A stretch of DNA of 64,000 bases, from the IMG/VR virus record IMGVR_UViG_3300007216_003109; one strand, 5' to 3'. Shown here one piece after another: positions 21,703 to 31,644 of this stretch. The DNA comes from an uncultured virus (IMG/VR IMGVR_UViG_3300007216_003109) (taxonomy: Duplodnaviria > Heunggongvirae > Uroviricota > Caudoviricetes). Every line of letters starts with the position of its first letter. Positions within the stretch are counted from its first letter, which is position 1. The notes beneath the pieces are model-generated. The model had not been told where the DNA came from. It saw nothing but the letters and a program-made list of their open reading frames with translations, and did not search any database. The position numbers and the translations under genes were made by a program.

Positions 21703-22356
21703 ATGAGTAGCTGTAAACCATTGATAGTTATACTGTCATGCTACAAAAATATTTGTAGACACGTAGTATATAGAAATTATTTTAAACAACATAGTTTTGA
21801 CTATTTATTTGTTCTAGGTAATAGCAAAAAGACATACTTTAAAGATGATGTTCTTTATGTGGATGTTGAGGATAACTACCAATCTCTGTCAAAAAAAATT
21901 GCTAAAGTGTATGAATATATTTATAAAAACTATAAAAAAAGAAATATTATAAAAATAGATGATGATACTATTATAGACTTAAAGAAATTAAAAAAGATAA
22001 ATTTAGATTTTGATTATGGTGGTTTTATGGCGGAAGGTAGTTATAAAGAAAGTAAATACCAGTTTGCTTTTGGTGGAGGATACTTTTTATCATACAAAGC
22101 ATTAAAAGTATTTGTTAAAAACTATAAAAAATACATAACAAACTATGAACAAGAAGATAGGCTTGTAGGTATATCATTAACTCTAAGCAAAAATAAATTA
22201 AAAATAGCTAACAATGGTAATTTTCTATCAAATAAAGATTTTAACTTATTTACAACTCTTTTTAATACAATTATCCACCCAGTTAGTATAAAAAATATAG
22301 AAAAAGCTTATAAAAGTAAGTTAAAAAATTTTTTTATAAGAATCCAAAAGGATTAA
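21703..22356 (+). CDS. Glycosyltransferase, GT31 (galactosyltransferase/Fringe-like)
   Basis: 'DNYQSLSKK', DxD in 'KIDDDT', 'FAFGGGYFLS', 'EQEDRLVG'. Confidence 0.8.
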   Translation: MSSCKPLIVILSCYKNICRHVVYRNYFKQHSFDYLFVLGNSKKTYFKDDVLYVDVEDNYQSLSKKIAKVYEYIYKNYKKRNIIKIDDDTIIDLKKLKKINLDFDYGGFMAEGSYKESKYQFAFGGGYFLSYKALKVFVKNYKKYITNYEQEDRLVGISLTLSKNKLKIANNGNFLSNKDFNLFTTLFNTIIHPVSIKNIEKAYKSKLKNFFIRIQKD

Positions 22357-23257
22357 TACTACCAAATCCTCCTGAACCACCTTGAATTGGTGAAATAGTA
22401 GGTATTTGGTTGTTTTGAATTCTATCAATAATATTAACAAGAGGAAAATATAAGGCAGAATGTAGTGTATAGTGTGTAAACATCCAATTAGTTTGAAATA
22501 CGTCTAAAACTTCACCGGTGGGGTCATATACCATTTCCTCCGAGTCAAGTGAAGTAGGTACACAATTATAAAATGTCCATACTTTTCTAGGTATCATTGA
22601 AATGTTTTGATATGTAGCAGCAAACTGCATTACTGTTATATCAGTTTTTACATTAAAATAATCACGAGCACCTCTCTTATCCCCAGGTCTTGCGACAAAT
22701 CCCATATGAGATGCTAAAATAATCCAAGGTCTTATAATAGTATCCATAAAAGATGTATTAGTTTCTCTAAAACCTATTCTTAATGGTGATCCGTATTTTT
22801 GTCTTTCAGCTCCAAGTAACCCCCACTGAAACCCACGGCTATTTTTAACATTAATATGCTCAAAATCCATAGCTTCTGGCGGAACTGTAACGCTACTAGC
22901 AAATAAACAACCAATAATTCTTTGGTAAGGTGCACTTTTCAAAATGCTAACAGGGGTAGATATATCCCAACCTTTTTTATCACCACCTGTCATTTCTAAT
23001 CCTTGTATAATTCTTGTGTTTAATGCAGCAGGATACCTATCAACCAATACTATCCATTGTGTTCTTAATGGAATAGATGTAACCCAAGATTCCATTTGTG
23101 TTAAAAAGTAGTCTCTAGCGCTAATTAATGGTACAGCTGGTATATTAAAACCAAATAAGCTTGTAGCTTGTGGTGCAAAAAGAGGATTTTTTCCAGTAAA
23201 TAACCCAGTTGCGTTTTGTAACAGACCTTGCGCGGCGTCAGTGATAGGATTATTCAC
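22334..23257 (-). CDS. Tail-tube-like protein (gp54/gp19 paralogue)
   Basis: Tube-fold pattern 'SVTVP...LRIGFRETN...IRPW...WTFYNCVPTSL'; adjacent to the tube gene; GTG start with late promoter. Confidence 0.65.
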   Translation of the reverse strand: MNNPITDAAQGLLQNATGLFTGKNPLFAPQATSLFGFNIPAVPLISARDYFLTQMESWVTSIPLRTQWIVLVDRYPAALNTRIIQGLEMTGGDKKGWDISTPVSILKSAPYQRIIGCLFASSVTVPPEAMDFEHINVKNSRGFQWGLLGAERQKYGSPLRIGFRETNTSFMDTIIRPWIILASHMGFVARPGDKRGARDYFNVKTDITVMQFAATYQNISMIPRKVWTFYNCVPTSLDSEEMVYDPTGEVLDVFQTNWMFTHYTLHSALYFPLVNIIDRIQNNQIPTISPIQGGSGGFGSINPFGFL

Positions 23258-23289
23258 TGTAAATATTTAGTAAAAAAGTAAGATTATAC

Positions 23290-23835
23290 TTAGCTTACTC
23301 GCGACCAATAGTGATATGAAACAGTGGCAGTGAACTTTACTGTTTCGCCAGTACCTTCAGCAATGTTATAAGTTAAAGGACCGACTTCTCTAACTGAAAC
23401 ACCAACCAACTTATATTGAGCAACTCTATTCATCTTTGAATCAAGTTGAACTAAATCGATAGTAGAATTTTGCTTAGGTGTAAAATAATTTCCTGTACTG
23501 TTAGCATCATTAAATGTATCGCGAGACCAGTCTTCAAATTTTTGACGAATCTTAGACTGTGCATCACAATAAAATTCAAGTGAATAGGCTTCGCTGTTAG
23601 GGTAAGTTGCATTACCTGGTACGTTAAAATTTAATCCCATGAATGGAACTGTCTTATTTGTTATAGAACGTGCAGGTACTGTTGCTGTACGAACATATAC
23701 AAGATCATTTTCATCAAATGTTACACCTGTATCACCTGTTGCAATAGATAGTACTCTGAATTGAAAGTCGCGTGCGAAATCTCTTTCTTGCGCAACTCTA
23801 TAAAAGTCCGATATTAATTGATTTACGTCAGCCAT
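23290..23835 (-). CDS. gp19: Tail tube protein gp19
   Basis: 'TATVPARSI...VPFMGLNFNVPG...IRQKFEDWS...QLD'; follows the sheath gene. Confidence 0.88.
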   Translation of the reverse strand: MADVNQLISDFYRVAQERDFARDFQFRVLSIATGDTGVTFDENDLVYVRTATVPARSITNKTVPFMGLNFNVPGNATYPNSEAYSLEFYCDAQSKIRQKFEDWSRDTFNDANSTGNYFTPKQNSTIDLVQLDSKMNRVAQYKLVGVSVREVGPLTYNIAEGTGETVKFTATVSYHYWSRVS

Positions 23836-23850
23836 AAAATTATTTATTCA

Positions 23851-26151
23851 TCAGGTTACTATTTCATTGAAGTCTTGGCTAGTTCTAGTTGCATAGAAGT
23901 TGACCAATATGAATTCAGCGGTTCTAGTAGGCTTGAGATAAATGTCTACTACAAGTTCGTTATTATCTATGATTGTTGGTGTGTTGTTCTTCTCATCACA
24001 GATAATTAGATAGTCATATAACCCTTGAGTATTTTTGGCATTCTCGAAGAATGGTGTCAAGGTATTGATTACTTGTGTTCTTGTAAAGAGTGTGTTTGGT
24101 TCGAATACGAAGAACTTAACTGTATTACGAACTAATGTCTCGAGATTTATAAACAATCTACGAACGTTAATTCGATCGAATGTTGTTGGTCTCTTAGCAA
24201 GTGTCTTTTGACCGTACACAACAAACCCATCTGTGGGGAAGAATGCTACAGGGTTGACACTAATCTTATAAAGCTGGTCTCTTTGTTTTACTTTTGGATA
24301 TAGGCCTATATCATTTACGCCAGATACAATTCCGCGGGAGAAACCAGCGGGTGCAAACCATGGTTGGAAGTTGGCATCTGTATTACCCATGATTGCTGCA
24401 GCATATCCTGAGAAAGGAATCCAGATCTTTCTATCAGAGAAAATATCTGTTACATTTACACATGTTCCATATACACAAGCAAAGCTAGTATTAAGAGCGT
24501 CATATATATTTCTTAAAGGCCAGTAAATGTTTTGTGTGAAGTTAGTATCAGATCTATCTAATGTCTTAAGAGTTTGACCTTGTACAAATATACCCATAGG
24601 AGCATCTGCAATAAACAAATGGTCCTTTCTACGAGAAGCTGCAAAAGTGTTAAACTCATTAAATACTGACAAATAGCTTGTTCTGTATTCTGCAGCAGGT
24701 ACACCAAAATTACCATCAGTTGCAGATAGGCCGTTAATAGCTGTTACATAACGGGTATCATCAAATACATTTCCGCTAGTTGCACATGCGCTTGCAAACA
24801 CTGTACCGAGACCACCTTCAACTGTTAAGGTAAGTGGGTAAACATCATAGTTATCTAACTTATCAAACAAGCGTGTTAGTTTGCCAGGTACATTACCAAT
24901 AATCTTTGAATAAGGATTATCAATATTGTAGAGGCCTGCAGGGAATAAAGCGCCTGCATTACCAATTAGTGTTTCAAAGCTAGTTACAACACCTGCTGCA
25001 ATTCCTGTAAATGTTGCATCTAACCCAGCTGCGTATTTTAATCCGTCCGAAATAACGCGAACTTGTCTCTTTGGTACACCATTTTCATTTAACAAGGAAA
25101 CGTTATTAAATTCATTACTAATGTGTGGGTTTACAAGTACAACAACATTTGGTGAATTATCTTCTTGATTACCAAGGAAGTAATTTACAGCTGGGCCACC
25201 ATTTGGATCTTCTATCTGACGGTAGAAATCAATAGACCCACGGTAGCCTTCTTCAAGGACATAATCAAGTTCAAGCACATCATTTGCAAGTGTCGATTGA
25301 CGAAGTTTGAAAACACCAAGTTGTAAGGAATCTCTAAATGCTGTTGTACCAATTGTTGTAGTACCACCGATACTTTCCATGGCTTGTGAAAGTGAACCAT
25401 CAACACCAGAGAATGTTGCTGATAAAGCAAAATCAAGTCTTGTATCGTTTAATTGAGTAAATTGTGAAGGTAGTTTGCTACCAGTCGTGGCTACAGTAAA
25501 TGCAGTATTAATACCGCGGAAATCAACTTGAGGATTTACCGTGGTGTTATCAATTACACCAACATAATATCCTTCAAATCTAGAATTAATGACTGTTTTA
25601 GATTTATTAATAACAATCATTCCTGCGCTTGCAAGTTGTGATAACGAGCTAAATGTGGCTTGACCAACATTACTACTCCATGTAAATGCTGTGCCATTAA
25701 GAATTGAATTATATTCAGCGTCAGAAAGCTTAACAAGAGAAGGTCTACCAAGCAACACCATGTCACCGGTATCTGTTAAATCACCTAGGTTATAAACTGG
25801 ATCATTTGCATTAAACTTTTTACCAAGTACGGGATATACTAGTGCGGAATATTCACTACCGTAACCTTCTCCCAAACCAAAACCATAAGGTAGTCTTGCG
25901 ACAGTAATACTAGCAGGGCTTGCAAAAGCAGCTTTAGCTGTATAGTAGAAATATCTTTCAGCACCGTTTGTTGGAGTTCCAAATATTTGCTCAAACTCAG
26001 AAAGGGTTGAAACTGCAATAGGTTCGGATGTTGGTCCTTTAGAAGCAAAACCAGTTACTAAGATTGTTGTATTATCTATTGTTGGTGCTCTTAAAGACAA
26101 ATCAACTTCGCTTATCTGAACTCCGGGACTTTGAATTACACGCTGTGCCAT
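23851..26151 (-). CDS. gp18: Tail sheath protein gp18
   Basis: 'SPGVQISEVDL', 'PWFAPAGFSRG', 'DRINVRRLF', 'FVFEPN', 'KPTRTAEFI'. Confidence 0.97.
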   Translation of the reverse strand: MAQRVIQSPGVQISEVDLSLRAPTIDNTTILVTGFASKGPTSEPIAVSTLSEFEQIFGTPTNGAERYFYYTAKAAFASPASITVARLPYGFGLGEGYGSEYSALVYPVLGKKFNANDPVYNLGDLTDTGDMVLLGRPSLVKLSDAEYNSILNGTAFTWSSNVGQATFSSLSQLASAGMIVINKSKTVINSRFEGYYVGVIDNTTVNPQVDFRGINTAFTVATTGSKLPSQFTQLNDTRLDFALSATFSGVDGSLSQAMESIGGTTTIGTTAFRDSLQLGVFKLRQSTLANDVLELDYVLEEGYRGSIDFYRQIEDPNGGPAVNYFLGNQEDNSPNVVVLVNPHISNEFNNVSLLNENGVPKRQVRVISDGLKYAAGLDATFTGIAAGVVTSFETLIGNAGALFPAGLYNIDNPYSKIIGNVPGKLTRLFDKLDNYDVYPLTLTVEGGLGTVFASACATSGNVFDDTRYVTAINGLSATDGNFGVPAAEYRTSYLSVFNEFNTFAASRRKDHLFIADAPMGIFVQGQTLKTLDRSDTNFTQNIYWPLRNIYDALNTSFACVYGTCVNVTDIFSDRKIWIPFSGYAAAIMGNTDANFQPWFAPAGFSRGIVSGVNDIGLYPKVKQRDQLYKISVNPVAFFPTDGFVVYGQKTLAKRPTTFDRINVRRLFINLETLVRNTVKFFVFEPNTLFTRTQVINTLTPFFENAKNTQGLYDYLIICDEKNNTPTIIDNNELVVDIYLKPTRTAEFILVNFYATRTSQDFNEIVT

Positions 26152-26199
26152 ATAAAGTATTTATGTCTTTTCTGTGTAAATTTTTTTAAAAAAGTTTAT

Positions 26200-26784
26200 T
26201 TATGTTATAGGTTCGGGATTCAAAAGCTTAGTAACAAGCTGATCAAAGGCAAATTCAAAACTAGTATCTATTTGGGCAGCATCTCTATAGTTAAAATTAA
26301 GTTCACCTAATAATACAGGAAAAGCCTTAGTAAAATCAAACTGTATTATTTTATTATTATATTCATCTAGACCATATAATGTAAATGTAGCTTTATAAAC
26401 ATCAGGATTTGTTAAATCTACTAAATCACGAAAATCTAATGTTCCGACTTTTTGTTCGTTAATTAAACTAAGCCAACTATAGATAACCCAATAATTGTTA
26501 TAGTAGTTATCTACAGTAAATTCTACTTTTACATTAGGATAAGGAGGCCGTGATTGTGTTGATACTTGTAAAGTTTGACCAGAATACCTAGCAGATGTTT
26601 CGTCAATAGTAACTCTCGGTACATTACATGAATTGACTGAAAATTGCATTTTTTCAAAAATTATTGATTGATTACTCCTCGACATTTTTTGATTTACAAG
26701 TTTAAGTGCTTCAGGTAAATTCATAACTAATATAAATTTGTCTTTACGCTGTTTATTGAAAAAAGATTGCTGATAATCACTCAT
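26200..26784 (-). CDS. Tail completion / tube terminator (gp3-like)
   Basis: 'CNVPRVTI...VEFTVDNYYNNYWVIYSWL...FTKAFPVLLGELNF' gp3-type. Start placed at MSDYQQ (ATGA overlap with the terminase stop). Confidence 0.7.
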   Translation of the reverse strand: MSDYQQSFFNKQRKDKFILVMNLPEALKLVNQKMSRSNQSIIFEKMQFSVNSCNVPRVTIDETSARYSGQTLQVSTQSRPPYPNVKVEFTVDNYYNNYWVIYSWLSLINEQKVGTLDFRDLVDLTNPDVYKATFTLYGLDEYNNKIIQFDFTKAFPVLLGELNFNYRDAAQIDTSFEFAFDQLVTKLLNPEPIT

Positions 26785-28490
26785 TGTTGTGGTCCTAAAA
26801 AGCTCCAACCTTGAGATTTAAGGTCATCAATTTCGCTGTTGTCAAGTTCGTCATTGCCTCTATTAATAATTATGGGTGGAGCAACATCTCTGACTCCAGA
26901 TTTCTCATTAGTAAGATAGGTGGATGGTTTTAAAAAGTATCTTAAACCATAATCAAATAATTTTAATTTCAAAGGTTTCATATTAGTATCAAATTCAAGA
27001 ACTTCAAAATATTTTTCAACAACATCATTATCAAGAACCATTAATGACCATATCAATGACATTACTCTATCATCATTATAATTGCCTTGACGTGCAGCCC
27101 ATGCTCCATTTGGATATCTAACAAAGTTTTTTAATTCATTTATAGTTTCTTTCTCGTAAATTCTAACAACATTTAATTCGTTGATCCAATATCTCATATT
27201 TGTAACACCTCTATACTTGGTATTGGTGTGAGCAACTACTCCAGGTCTTTTGGCATAATCTACTCCATTTATTTTTGGAGAGTATGTGACTATATTTTCA
27301 TACTGGTGAGTAATTTTCATCTGATCAACTACTTGTGCACCACAATTATTTCTTTCAATGAGTACAGGTGGTGATCCCCACTGTTTTAAAATTTCTAAAA
27401 GTTTCGAAATAAAATTGTAAGGTACAATATTATTGTCAGCATAAACTGCGACTTGCTTTATTTGTTTTAAATCAGTTATATCTAATATCTGTATTACACT
27501 ATAATTACTATTAACTCCTTCAGCTACGTCAACCCCTGCAACATACAAACAATTTTCGTTTGGTTCTTCCCAAAGTTTATATTTTCCATTTTCAAAAATA
27601 AATTCCGGGTCACGGGCTTCTGCTAACATTTTTTCAAACTGTATTTCAGACAGAGAACTTTCTCCAGACTGTAAAAACACGTTACCAAACTCTTGGTCAA
27701 AGAATTCTCTACTGCCTAGTGACTTGACTGTCTTTTCTTTCCACTCCTCATCACGGCCGGGCACTTCCCACCAATCTACTCTTTCAGGCTTCCATCCATT
27801 TGAATCTTCTATTGCACCAGAGTATAATTCATGAAATAAATTTCCGGTACCGTTGGGTGTACTAGCTACAAAAATTTTAGACTTTTTAGATGATGAAATA
27901 ATTGGATATACTGATTTCCAGAAATCTTGCACCATGCCATCATCAATAAATGCAAGCTCGTCAAGAATTAATACGTTACAGCTATCGCCTCGCCCGGCGT
28001 CAGAAGATGTTGTTGATATACCTATGCTACTACCGTTACCGAGAACCATCGATGTTTTGCCATATTCAATTGCTCCAGGTTTTAAAAAGTTTGGTAACTG
28101 TTCGTATGCCATTCTTACACGTTTAAAAATATTAATTGCAGTTTGCTCTTTATTTGCAACAATTAAAATTCTTTGATCTTCAAAAAAGCATGCTATCCAT
28201 AATGCATATATGGTCATCAAAGTAGTTTTACCGGATTGTCTAGATGATAAAAATACTACAAATCTATTATCTCTTAAAGAACGTAAAATTCTTTTTTGAT
28301 AATTGTGCAATTTAATTTTTTCTTTTCCTCTATCTAAATTAACAATATAAAAGTAATTTTCAGCAAAGTGTAATATATTTTTACAACACTTCTTTAGTTC
28401 AGAAACCATCTCTGAAGTCCATTCAAACTTCGCATCTGGTGTAGGTAAGTTCTTATTTCCTAAATAAAATTGCTTTTCTTTACCTGGCAT
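26781..28490 (-). CDS. gp17: Terminase large subunit gp17
   Basis: Walker A 'SRQSGKTT', Walker B 'LILDELAF', 'STPNG', nuclease 'GVDVAEG' and 'DDRVMSL'. Confidence 0.97.
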   Translation of the reverse strand: MPGKEKQFYLGNKNLPTPDAKFEWTSEMVSELKKCCKNILHFAENYFYIVNLDRGKEKIKLHNYQKRILRSLRDNRFVVFLSSRQSGKTTLMTIYALWIACFFEDQRILIVANKEQTAINIFKRVRMAYEQLPNFLKPGAIEYGKTSMVLGNGSSIGISTTSSDAGRGDSCNVLILDELAFIDDGMVQDFWKSVYPIISSSKKSKIFVASTPNGTGNLFHELYSGAIEDSNGWKPERVDWWEVPGRDEEWKEKTVKSLGSREFFDQEFGNVFLQSGESSLSEIQFEKMLAEARDPEFIFENGKYKLWEEPNENCLYVAGVDVAEGVNSNYSVIQILDITDLKQIKQVAVYADNNIVPYNFISKLLEILKQWGSPPVLIERNNCGAQVVDQMKITHQYENIVTYSPKINGVDYAKRPGVVAHTNTKYRGVTNMRYWINELNVVRIYEKETINELKNFVRYPNGAWAARQGNYNDDRVMSLIWSLMVLDNDVVEKYFEVLEFDTNMKPLKLKLFDYGLRYFLKPSTYLTNEKSGVRDVAPPIIINRGNDELDNSEIDDLKSQGWSFLGPQQ

Positions 28491-28492
28491 TA

Positions 28493-28504
28493 TATAAATA
28501 CTTA
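28493..28504. promoter_or_regulatory. Overlapping divergent late promoters (TATAAATA on +, TAAGTA on -)
   Basis: Exact T4 late consensus TATAAATA at 28493-28500, 5 nt before ATG 28506; TAAGTA variant on - 8 nt before the terminase ATG. Confidence 0.7.
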
Positions 28505-28505
28505 T

Positions 28506-29435
28506 ATGAATAAAGTTCGCGATCTAGTTGATCTATCTAAGGTTTATGAAGCTGTAAATACTTCTAAGGTTAAAGACCCAAGAGCCAAATTTGGCACTAA
28601 ACCTGGAAAACCTACATCTTCACTGCCAGAAGTAAAGATTAAGAAGCCTTTACAGAATGATGGTCAACCCAAGCAACCTTTCTTCCATAAAGATTCAGGA
28701 CCTGAGAATGCTGATGGATTTAAGAAAGAAATTGCTGATCCATTGAAAGTAGCAGATAAAGATAATCATTACGATTTGAAAAAATTTTCAGATAATCTTA
28801 AAAAAAGTGTAAAAGAAGATATAAATAATTTTATGAAAGATAAGTCTATTTTTGATAAACTATACGAAGATGTTATGGGAGGTTCTCCTGAACAAGACCA
28901 GCTTGATGCAGTTGAGCTAGACATCAAGCCCGAAGGTGAAGGTGATGCTGCTAGTGATGAAGTAAGCTTTTCTCTACCTCGCGACGTCGCACAGAAGCTA
29001 CATGACGCTCTAGGTTCTATCCTAGGTGGTGAAGGTGAAGCTGAAGGTGAAGCTGAAGGTGAAACAGAAGGTGAAGCCGAGGAAATGGGCGCTTCTGAAG
29101 CCGAGGAAGGCGAAAAAGAAGAAAAAGACGAAGTTGCTGGTGAAGCAGTTGATGCTGAAGTAGTCGGTCATCCAGTAGTTGACGGCGAAAAGCTAAGCAA
29201 AGGCCTTAATAAGGTTTCTTCTGGTTCAAATGTAGTTCCTTCTGAAGTTTCCACAGCCGGTAAAAAAGCTGGTAAAGGTGGTGATTCTAAGGTAACTGAT
29301 AAAGTCGGTGATGATGGTGATCTTGGACATCCTCTTGTCAATCAGAAAAAAGGTGGAGCTGATTCCGTCAAGGGCAAGTCCAATGTAGTAAATAGCAGAA
29401 TTAAGGGTAATAACCAGTCTGCTTTTAACGTCTAA
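28506..29435 (+). CDS. Acidic low-complexity late protein, possible prohead core/internal protein
   Basis: Start moved to ATG 28506 behind the late promoter; GEAE repeats; duplicated GHP(V/L)V and SNVV motifs; followed by a strong terminator. Confidence 0.7.
   Translation: MNKVRDLVDLSKVYEAVNTSKVKDPRAKFGTKPGKPTSSLPEVKIKKPLQNDGQPKQPFFHKDSGPENADGFKKEIADPLKVADKDNHYDLKKFSDNLKKSVKEDINNFMKDKSIFDKLYEDVMGGSPEQDQLDAVELDIKPEGEGDAASDEVSFSLPRDVAQKLHDALGSILGGEGEAEGEAEGETEGEAEEMGASEAEEGEKEEKDEVAGEAVDAEVVGHPVVDGEKLSKGLNKVSSGSNVVPSEVSTAGKKAGKGGDSKVTDKVGDDGDLGHPLVNQKKGGADSVKGKSNVVNSRIKGNNQSAFNV
28820..28827 (+). promoter_or_regulatory. Intragenic perfect late promoter TATAAATA
   Basis: TATAAATA-ATTTT-ATG; ATG 28833 is in frame with 28506. 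Confidence 0.6.
29028..29081 (+). repeat. 12-nt coding tandem repeat (GEAE)n
   Basis: ggtgaaggtgaagctgaaggtgaagctgaaggtgaaacagaaggtgaagccgag. Confidence 0.8.
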
Positions 29436-29455
29436 TAGTAGGTTAGACTTATCTT

Positions 29456-29485
29456 AAAAGCCCCTCGAAAGAGGGGCTTTTTTTT
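29456..29485 (+). terminator. Rho-independent terminator
   Basis: AAAAGCCCCTC-GAAA-GAGGGGCTTTTTTTT: perfect stem, GNRA loop, U-tract. Confidence 0.95.
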
Positions 29486-29499
29486 GAATAAATATAGTT

Positions 29500-30522
29500 A
29501 TGGATGTTACTGTTCATAGTGAACTTAGTAGAGAGATTTTCGATCTTAATAACAAGTTAAAACCTAAGGTTAAGGATGTACTTTTAGAAATTGCTAAAAA
29601 AGTTCTTGTGGAACTAGAAGAAGACATAAAAATAAGTGATATAGTTTTAACAGGCTCAATGGCTAACTATACTTATAATGAGGCTTCAGATTTAGACTTG
29701 CATATAGTTTTTGATTTTAGTCAAATAAACAAAGATAAGAGATTAGTTAAAAAAGCCTTAGATTGTAACAAGTATGTTTGGAATATGCGTCATGATATAT
29801 TTTTAAAAAATCATGAAGTTGAACTATACTACCAAGATATTGACGAACCGCATGCAGCTACCGGGATGTATTCTTTAGTAAAAGATGAATGGATTAAGAT
29901 ACCAACTAAACCAGATCTTTCTAAGATAGATATAGATAAAAATTTAATAGTTAAAAAAATTAAAAGTTATATTTCTTTTATCAGAATGATGAAAAGGGAA
30001 TTAAGTAAAGATCTTACTAATGATTATGCAGCAAAATTAAATCATAAAGCAGGTAGAATTTTAGAAAAACTAAAACAAGACCGTAAGGATGGTTTAGATG
30101 AAGAAGGTGAATTTTCTGAAAATAATATTATATTCAAATACTTGAGAAAGAATGGCTACGTAGATGATTTAGTAGATATAGTTAATGTTATGTATGATAA
30201 ATCATTTACTGAAAAGTATGAGTACTTAAGGGCTATAAAAAAGAAGAGACATATGAATGCTACAAATTCGGGATTAACTAGAAAAAAGCATCCTGAATTT
30301 GTTCCTGACATACACCGCAAAGATCCGACTTCTTTCTCAAAGCTAGAAGCATTGAAAATGTCTCAAAAAGGAAGGCAAGTACTTTCACCTTCTGAGTTCA
30401 ATACACTAAGAAAAAGGTATAATATAGACCTAATACTACCAGGTAAATTTAAGTCTCTTGGCAATACTGGTATTAGAGTATATTTTGATACTAAATTAAA
30501 CAGACATGTAATGGAGAAATAA
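29500..30522 (+). CDS. Nucleotidyltransferase (Pol beta superfamily)
   Basis: 'LTGSMANYTY...SDLDLHIV' GS and DxD motifs, third acidic residue in 'EVELY'; TAAATA 5 nt upstream. Confidence 0.8.
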   Translation: MDVTVHSELSREIFDLNNKLKPKVKDVLLEIAKKVLVELEEDIKISDIVLTGSMANYTYNEASDLDLHIVFDFSQINKDKRLVKKALDCNKYVWNMRHDIFLKNHEVELYYQDIDEPHAATGMYSLVKDEWIKIPTKPDLSKIDIDKNLIVKKIKSYISFIRMMKRELSKDLTNDYAAKLNHKAGRILEKLKQDRKDGLDEEGEFSENNIIFKYLRKNGYVDDLVDIVNVMYDKSFTEKYEYLRAIKKKRHMNATNSGLTRKKHPEFVPDIHRKDPTSFSKLEALKMSQKGRQVLSPSEFNTLRKRYNIDLILPGKFKSLGNTGIRVYFDTKLNRHVMEK

Positions 30523-30523
30523 T

Positions 30524-31285
30524 ATGTCTATTGACAAATATACAGGTAATATAGATTTAAAGGTATACCCTTTTAGCAATACGGATGCTGCTAATCCTTG
30601 TTTCAGGTTCTTAGATAAGCAAAATAATACTTGTCAAGAAGAGGTATTTTCGAATTTATATAGAGAACAAATTAATCTTTATGGTACAGAAGTTACATAC
30701 TTTGTTCATACATACAACCCTGCTTATACTGCCGATAACTTTTATGGTGAACAACCTAATGCACAATATGGTATACCTATTTCGTTTATAGCATATATTG
30801 AATTAAATGAAAATTCTCTATTGTTAACAAAGTATGGTTTTCAATCAGATGACGAAATAACAATGTTTATACATATAAGTTCATTTTATGAAGCTTATAA
30901 TAAACCTTCTTTATCAGGATATTTTCATGGTTATGATATTGAACCTAAGTCAGGAGACGTATTTAAATTAACAGAATATGGTATAGGCAGGCCTGGTCAA
31001 AGAGATGGGAAGATGTTCGAAGTAACTGAAAGGCTAGACCAAGATATTAATAAAATAAATCCTTTACTAGGCCATTACGTATGGATGCTTAAAGCTAAGC
31101 GTTACGAGACTAGCTTTGAACCAGGGCTTACAGCAGAGAAAGGTAATACCCAGGTATTTGATGAGAATAAGAATAATTCTACATTAGGTGCAGATAAAAA
31201 TTATACCTATAGTGCAGACGTCAATTCAAAGTCTGTTTTTGATGGTAATAACAATACTAGTGTTTACGGTGATTATGATCAATAA
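30524..31285 (+). CDS. gp14: Neck / head-closure protein gp14-like
   Basis: 'EQINLYGTEVTY...FYGE...LLTKYGFQSDDEITMFI...PKSGDV' gp14 pattern. Confidence 0.75.
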   Translation: MSIDKYTGNIDLKVYPFSNTDAANPCFRFLDKQNNTCQEEVFSNLYREQINLYGTEVTYFVHTYNPAYTADNFYGEQPNAQYGIPISFIAYIELNENSLLLTKYGFQSDDEITMFIHISSFYEAYNKPSLSGYFHGYDIEPKSGDVFKLTEYGIGRPGQRDGKMFEVTERLDQDINKINPLLGHYVWMLKAKRYETSFEPGLTAEKGNTQVFDENKNNSTLGADKNYTYSADVNSKSVFDGNNNTSVYGDYDQ

Positions 31286-31644
31286 GTAGCTTCTGGTACA
31301 ATCTCTAATTCTTCGCTATCTTCCTCTTCTTCAACTACAGTTTCATTATTTTTAAATTTCTTATCTAGCTCATCAAAATTAATTTTATCAAGCTTCTCAA
31401 GCCCACCTTTAAACAAGCCTTTATCAATCTCAATTTCATGCAACATTGAAGTGTATCTCTCATCCATATACTTTTGAAAAGAAATCGGTTTAATCCAAGA
31501 CATATCTTTATCAGTAGGTATTTTTAATTCATCTGCTTTCTTACAAACAATATAAACAGACTCCATCAAACACAGCCACCTGGCATAAGTTTCAAGGGAC
31601 ATGGTTTCGGGTTTATCTTTGATTTGTAGTTCTATTGTTCTCAT
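31279..31644 (-). CDS. Hypothetical protein, acidic C-terminus
   Basis: 121-aa ORF in a minus-strand run. Confidence 0.6.
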   Translation of the reverse strand: MRTIELQIKDKPETMSLETYARWLCLMESVYIVCKKADELKIPTDKDMSWIKPISFQKYMDERYTSMLHEIEIDKGLFKGGLEKLDKINFDELDKKFKNNETVVEEEEDSEELEIVPEATY

